32,000 nucleotides of DNA from Candidatus Harpocratesius repetitus (GTDB taxonomy: Archaea > Asgardarchaeota > Lokiarchaeia > Sigyniarchaeales > Promethearchaeaceae). Numbering within the stretch: the first letter of the stretch is position 1; the number at the start of each line of letters is the position of its first letter. The stretch is taken from positions 4,140,001-4,172,000 of the forward strand of contig JAIZWK010000001.1 in the NCBI GenBank assembly GCA_021498095.1, written 5' to 3'. Of the stretch, positions 27,901 to 32,000 are shown one piece after another. A program made the translations under genes and the position numbers. The notes below the pieces were generated by a model. The model saw only the letters and a program-made list of their open reading frames with translations, was not told the origin of the DNA and searched no databases.

Positions 27901-28683
27901 TTGAGATAATAATACTTTTGCTTCTTCAATTATTGTATTTGCATAGTCCTTTTGATACTTCTTAAAGAAAATAGGGTTTATTTGTCGAATTATTTGAGCT
28001 GCTTTTAAATAATTTCCACTTTTTGCATAGAGATTAGCTGTTTTTTCAGCAAGAATATAATAATCTTGAGAATCTGAACGTTTTTGAATATTAATCACTC
28101 GTTCACACAAAACCGCTGCCGGCAGAAATTTAGATTGAGATATAAATTCATTTATTTTCGAATAATAAAGGGGTTTTTGAATCCAAGCAATATCGGAATT
28201 AATGTTTCTTTGACCAGAAATCACCGATTGACATAAAGTTATTAAATATTCACGTATCATGCCAATTTCTGTTCGTGGAATAATAAAAATACAAGCCGAA
28301 GAACGAAAAGAGATATCTTTTATGATTTCCGATATATCTGCTTTAAGAATAGCATCCATAGTTTGAATCACAATTATCATCGGAATATCAGGGCGAATTT
28401 TTTCAATTTGATCTAATACATGTTGAAGCTTTTCAATATTTCCTATTTGATTAGGATCCAAATAAAATAAAATTCCATCCGCCATACTAATTGAATTTTT
28501 TCCTTGTTCTTCTACGTTATGAGGAATGAGAAGAGATAATTCTATTTCATCATCTTCTAGTGTAAAAACTGTTGTATACTGAACATCTTGACCCTCATCT
28601 TTACTCTGGAATCCAATTTCATTAAATCCTTGCATGGCTGAAAAAATATCACCCAACACAGCAAATGTTAATACAAATTGCAA
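24934..28683 (-). CDS. Degenerate Ras-like GTPase-fold domain fused to a TPR/SNAP-like alpha-solenoid (1249 aa)
   Basis: N-terminal ADGILFYLDP...IEKL..VLDQIEK.RPDIPMIIV follows small-GTPase secondary structure without G1/G3/G4 consensus; the remainder has TPR-like A..Y..A/G helical pairs. Confidence 0.72.
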   Translation of the reverse strand: MQFVLTFAVLGDIFSAMQGFNEIGFQSKDEGQDVQYTTVFTLEDDEIELSLLIPHNVEEQGKNSISMADGILFYLDPNQIGNIEKLQHVLDQIEKIRPDIPMIIVIQTMDAILKADISEIIKDISFRSSACIFIIPRTEIGMIREYLITLCQSVISGQRNINSDIAWIQKPLYYSKINEFISQSKFLPAAVLCERVINIQKRSDSQDYYILAEKTANLYAKSGNYLKAAQIIRQINPIFFKKYQKDYANTIIEEAKVLLSQNKYESAALKFETVGNWIKMELDDIPLMEECYKLAIDAWIAQHELQNAFALLDKFDHFRMITILEEMTEKIAHLADQLIEKNQDGLAKAQLYLCFQRYQKSGLFESLQVLARKAVKILKRIIIRNLNIGDVDTARLSYDELTTIWETYNIETENVDEILYKMARLFIERRDFLKAEGIIPKINDTILQIELTKYRMETEERFKNLARKGELEELGLKTDFLFEYIEYEKSKFDQMMEDLYQDLEFELQHNNIQFVENILLKQADWFLQIGQEYYNHQILLYFLKINLNNGKIKKIIKYISKLPEIQRKKFLKNEFPRLKEHFDRMKFTDSDKTSEETEKLLFNFIRLYRNHLLYEESRLLAKLYLEELLAYAELISHKIEVKGLSTLFEQINKIDLTTKSYLENEEINLDSIYVTIVKYYLKNHLYSEARTYAEKISNFQLSQSYCEKIDEIESELSRSKVEQIHQNQKAKIFAEKLSQLQNRARDQRIASVNLLRMRTGLKRRYYQDAIKLFREGQYYKSIEKYLKTAEDLAASKKFELAGVNLAVVSLLFLTLKNINTLKHEIHKFTNNSRISFDIFKKTYAYQLIDYLIQMIEANKPKQLKSALQLFDVFAFFPEERLILETLLGEEIDFSRILSGHQELLSKIKSTIPSNYLILIEKLYPDIQLKNRRISFDLKYWGDCQDHFARQEYEDASVSYFEQSLNMFNHNYFEFSIVSIIMGFITMLKVKTSDEVYNEFEKFVFQYGKKYGDLMSSIPIQLLELVLHYWEHPNSQKMILDIFNAFQTKLPLFDWEISFIVRLTQKFQQEDKKSSDNKSQRVESIKVGETLKEDSLLGQQAIVLIQDITKLSNEFSLLLKKREKMIRTYYQEIFSDLSKNRYKEAFQKYIKLSKRMARRNDYTSASLMIFLSTLCLIHENKPVSEIQTQLDEVLNGLGLVKKILEDHFGVKLAFFTLDVLQSNNSEIKSYLLNIFEKLPILPSEKQLLKI

Positions 28684-28815
28684 CTCTTCTTCTACCTCTT
28701 CAATATTCCTTTACAATTAATATTGAACCTTATATCTCTTATAGAAATTCGTATTCTATCATTAAATAAGTTGCTAAAATAATTTCTTGATCTTTGGGAT
28801 CTTATATTAAGAGAA

Positions 28816-29286
28816 ATGCATATAAACATTCATTGCATCAGATCAAGTATGCATTCTGATTATGAGAGTAAGAAATTAGCTCAATGCTTTATTGCAGAAT
28901 TATCATCTGAAATCAAGATCCCTCCATCAATTCACGAACAATTGAAGCCGTTGGGTAAAAATTTAGTCGCTGTCATTCCAGGAGAATCAAAAAAGTTATC
29001 CTTTTTCTTGACCAATTGCTCTAGAGTCCTTTTTATAAAATTGATATTGGATAAATCTTCCTTAAATGAAAGTTTCTTTACATCCTTAAGGAGAACTCTA
29101 CAAAAATTAGGTATGGAAAATCTTTTCTCTACAGGTATATGTTTTAAAGATGATATCTGTGTTTGGGAAGGTGTCTTTGAATTTGATGATGATTCGAATT
29201 TTCCACAAATAAAGGAAAATTTAGCTAAAGTAACTCATGTTAATAAAGCAAAATTTGAAAAAATCGAATTAAATAAAGATTTGTAA
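28816..29286 (+). CDS. Hypothetical regulator-like protein; possible AbrB-like N-terminus and ACT-like C-terminus
   Basis: IKIPPSI..L pattern, then a beta-alpha-beta-beta-alpha-beta-like stretch (LFSTGICF..CVWEGVF); by eye only. Confidence 0.5.
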   Translation: MHINIHCIRSSMHSDYESKKLAQCFIAELSSEIKIPPSIHEQLKPLGKNLVAVIPGESKKLSFFLTNCSRVLFIKLILDKSSLNESFFTSLRRTLQKLGMENLFSTGICFKDDICVWEGVFEFDDDSNFPQIKENLAKVTHVNKAKFEKIELNKDL

Positions 29287-29356
29287 GTAAATTATAAAAA
29301 TTGAACAAGGTGGTTATACGTCATTTAGAAGAAATTCAGAAGATAAAATCTTTTTA

Positions 29357-29992
29357 TTGCATCCCACCCGAAGAAAAATCTATAAAATAATTTGTGAAAA
29401 TCCAGGGTCGTACTTTTACCGTTTAATGCAACATGGGGAAGAAGGTATAAGTAGTGCAACCTTACTTTATCATTTGTCAAAATTGGAAGAAGATGAATTG
29501 ATTCATTCTGCAAAAATCGATGGAAAACGCATCTATTTTCCCAAAAACTTAAGAGATTTTGAAACTGAAAGAGCTTTTATGCTCTTAAAAAATGAAAATG
29601 CCCGAAAGATATTTCTCTATATTTTAAATCATGAGAGCTGTTTTCAAAACGAAATTGCACGAGAATTAAATATTCATCATGATACAGTTCGTCATCACGT
29701 TTCTAAACTTGTTGATTCAGAAATGGTCGAAAAACATAAAGTAGGTAGGCAGATTCATTTTAAAATTGGGCGATTGGGAAAAGAAATCTTAAAGGGTTCA
29801 ATGATAATCTTTTCAGAAGCATATATTCGCTTTATTATATCTAAATTGGCTGATGATTGTCATTTTCCAGAGATTATAGAGCGAACAAATGAAAGAATTG
29901 TGATTCGAGTTGTATGCCCTAACGAAGATGATATTGAATTAAGTATTGACATCTCAGGTTGGGTAATTGATGAAAACCCAAACAAAAAATAA
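29357..29992 (+). CDS. Tandem winged-HTH transcriptional regulator; real start probably upstream (frame open from 29291)
   Basis: Two wHTH units: RRKIY..I.ENPG...TLLYHL.KLE and ARKIF.YIL......EIA.ELNIHHDTVRHHV.KL. Confidence 0.85.
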   Translation: MHPTRRKIYKIICENPGSYFYRLMQHGEEGISSATLLYHLSKLEEDELIHSAKIDGKRIYFPKNLRDFETERAFMLLKNENARKIFLYILNHESCFQNEIARELNIHHDTVRHHVSKLVDSEMVEKHKVGRQIHFKIGRLGKEILKGSMIIFSEAYIRFIISKLADDCHFPEIIERTNERIVIRVVCPNEDDIELSIDISGWVIDENPNKK

Positions 29993-30057
29993 TTCATTTG
30001 CTGGGAAAATGATTTTAAAATGTTAATTCATGTAAAATGAAACACATCTTTTTTTAA

Positions 30058-30789
30058 GTGCCTTTCTTTATTAAGGGTATGATCACTGAGGATCTTCGAC
30101 CGACCGAAATTACCAATATTCAGCATTTAGTAGATCGAAATGGAGAGATTGTACGAGATCATTTGATTACGAAAATGAAAGAATCGTTGGAGATCGGTTC
30201 TCGATTGATCGATGAAGAATTAAATGGGATGGCAGCAATTTTTCGCCCAATTATCAAATCTTTTTATTCTAATTTGGTTCAAAAGGATTTAGAGCATGGA
30301 ACGATTAAAAGCATAAATGGCATGATTAGGATGTCCAAAAAATTAGTGATGGAAGGAATTGATCCAAACACACCTGAATTTGAGCGACGTCTGACTCAAA
30401 AATTTCCAAGTTATTTGAAAAATGATCAAACAGGGCGACAATGTAAACCATACCATCCGAATTTTCCTCAGTTGAAGGCGATTTTGAAAAATACTTTTCG
30501 AGCACAAATATGCGGTATATTACCTTTGCTAAAAGTTCAAATACACGATATTTCTTCATATAATGAGTTATGCCGAGCTGCATTTAAAACAGAAAAACAC
30601 TGTAAAGATATTTTACGCTTACAAACTGATTCAATGAAAGAGGGTTTAAATGTTATTAAAAGAGATTTATCTATTTTGAACATTATGACAGGAAAAGAAC
30701 TTATATTTCGAGTTTTACAAAAAGGATTCGAGAAGAAAATTAAGGATTTCAACAAAGAGATAGAAGAAATTTTTAATTGTGAAAACTAA
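30058..30789 (+). CDS. Hypothetical alpha-helical protein (243 aa)
   Basis: Long ORF; its stop overlaps the next ATG (TAATG), suggesting translational coupling. Confidence 0.75.
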   Translation: MPFFIKGMITEDLRPTEITNIQHLVDRNGEIVRDHLITKMKESLEIGSRLIDEELNGMAAIFRPIIKSFYSNLVQKDLEHGTIKSINGMIRMSKKLVMEGIDPNTPEFERRLTQKFPSYLKNDQTGRQCKPYHPNFPQLKAILKNTFRAQICGILPLLKVQIHDISSYNELCRAAFKTEKHCKDILRLQTDSMKEGLNVIKRDLSILNIMTGKELIFRVLQKGFEKKIKDFNKEIEEIFNCEN

Positions 30790-31994
30790 TGGCATCAGAA
30801 CAAAAAGTAAGATACTACAATCCCTCAGAACCGCTAAAAAGAAATATTCTCGCCAAAATTCTTATTTTCTCCGTTGAATTTATGATTGTATGGCAAGGTT
30901 ATTATGTTTTTTCTCTCATTGCAGGCAATTCAGTATCATTACATCAATTTAGCATAAATCCTTCTGATGTTTTTACAATTCCTATTTCTTTTTGGATTTC
31001 AGTTTTATTTTTAATGATAATATCCAAAATATTTAATCGTTATATTGTTTTACTCGCGGCAATATTTTGTGAAATATATATTGAATATTATATAGAAACT
31101 GAACAACTTCAACTAGTTATTATTGGATTCCTTATTATATTAATCGTAATTGAAAGTATTAAACCATATGAAGGAGGAGAATATTTAGGAGGTAAATTTA
31201 TTTGGAAACAGTTGGCATGGAAAGTATTTTATATTTGTGGGTATCTGCCAATTCTTTATTTTGGGTTTAATTTTCAGACTCCAATTAGTTTCTTTACTTT
31301 TGATGGATTTCAAATTCGATTTTACCTTAGTTTGATTTTTCTTTTTAACAATCTTATTTTGATAATTCCTGCATGGCTTATTTTTTGGCTTTTAGATCGT
31401 TCATTACATCCTTACTTTCCATTATCAAATTCTGATATGAAGATTCTGCAAGAAAAGGAGGAAAAAAAAATATGGGATTTATATAATTTATATCTTCCCC
31501 AACCAGGAGAAGTGTATCTTCAAATTCTATCTCATCATTCTATTGAGGAAGATGACCATACAATAGTTGTTGCATTAGGAAAAGTAAGAATTTATTTCTG
31601 CACAAGATGTACAGCTATGATTTTTGGTGTGATATTCACATTTTTTCTTTCTTTTATCATTTTTCATGATTTTAATATGAATTTAAATACAAGTCTTGCT
31701 TTTTGGCTGGGTACGATTCTTCCGATATTTCCTTTGTTAGATTGGGGTTTACAAGCACTTCAAATTAGAAAAGCTACAACACAATCAAGACTTTTCACAG
31801 GATTTATCTTAGGTGTTTCAATGCAGTTAATCCCTTTTGCATTGGGTGAAACTTTTTATTATATTTTTGTAGTAGTCGGATATTTTACTGTTTTCGGCGT
31901 TTTATTCTATTTTAGAACTCGCCTTGCTCAAAAAGAAGCAGATCAAGAAGCATTACAGGAAATTTTAGAGTTTAAAAGTAATTCAATATCATAA
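30789..31994 (+). CDS. Multi-pass membrane protein with a C-terminal DUF2085-like domain
   Basis: LSHH...FCTRCTAM.FG followed by P..LDWG.Q and R..TG...G segments resembles DUF2085; an additional N-terminal TM bundle is present. Confidence 0.72.
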   Translation: MASEQKVRYYNPSEPLKRNILAKILIFSVEFMIVWQGYYVFSLIAGNSVSLHQFSINPSDVFTIPISFWISVLFLMIISKIFNRYIVLLAAIFCEIYIEYYIETEQLQLVIIGFLIILIVIESIKPYEGGEYLGGKFIWKQLAWKVFYICGYLPILYFGFNFQTPISFFTFDGFQIRFYLSLIFLFNNLILIIPAWLIFWLLDRSLHPYFPLSNSDMKILQEKEEKKIWDLYNLYLPQPGEVYLQILSHHSIEEDDHTIVVALGKVRIYFCTRCTAMIFGVIFTFFLSFIIFHDFNMNLNTSLAFWLGTILPIFPLLDWGLQALQIRKATTQSRLFTGFILGVSMQLIPFALGETFYYIFVVVGYFTVFGVLFYFRTRLAQKEADQEALQEILEFKSNSIS

Positions 31995-32000
31995 AAATTA

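Noticed and set aside
1-32000. rRNA, tRNA, IS/transposase, integrase or prophage genes
   Set aside because: No GC-rich structured RNA stretch, cloverleaf signature, terminal inverted repeats or recombinase motifs were recognised by eye; tRNAscan-SE, Infernal and ISEScan were not run.

Overview
AT-rich window (about 30% GC by eye) that looks like an Asgard archaeal (Lokiarchaeia-like) chromosome. This is inferred from a gelsolin-like domain, a Ras-like GTPase-fold/alpha-solenoid protein, archaeal-type regulators and frequent GTG/TTG starts; no taxonomic marker gene is present. Recognisable metabolic and transport genes: FAD-dependent glycerol-3-phosphate dehydrogenase, M20D amidohydrolase, cupin, EamA transporter, YbiR/ArsB-NhaD permease and a form IV RuBisCO-like protein. 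Three regions stand out. (1) 23028-28683: an apparent two-gene operon. One gene encodes a degenerate small-GTPase domain fused to a long solenoid ending in three SNAP-like repeats; the other encodes a gelsolin-like domain fused to 42 tandem EEARKA units (predicted single alpha-helix). (2) 4869-8896: a compositionally mosaic orphan gene plus an LRR-like gene, with a 93-bp in-frame repeat of the orphan's interior placed after the LRR-like gene, resembling a polymorphic toxin/immunity cassette. (3) 11948-17528: a DUF4011-SF1 helicase-nuclease-DUF3320 (HheA-like) gene with a degenerate-looking nuclease site, followed by a TIR-like gene lacking the catalytic Glu. No rRNA, tRNA, CRISPR array, transposase, integrase or reverse transcriptase was recognised. 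All domain calls are by-eye motif matches, not database results.
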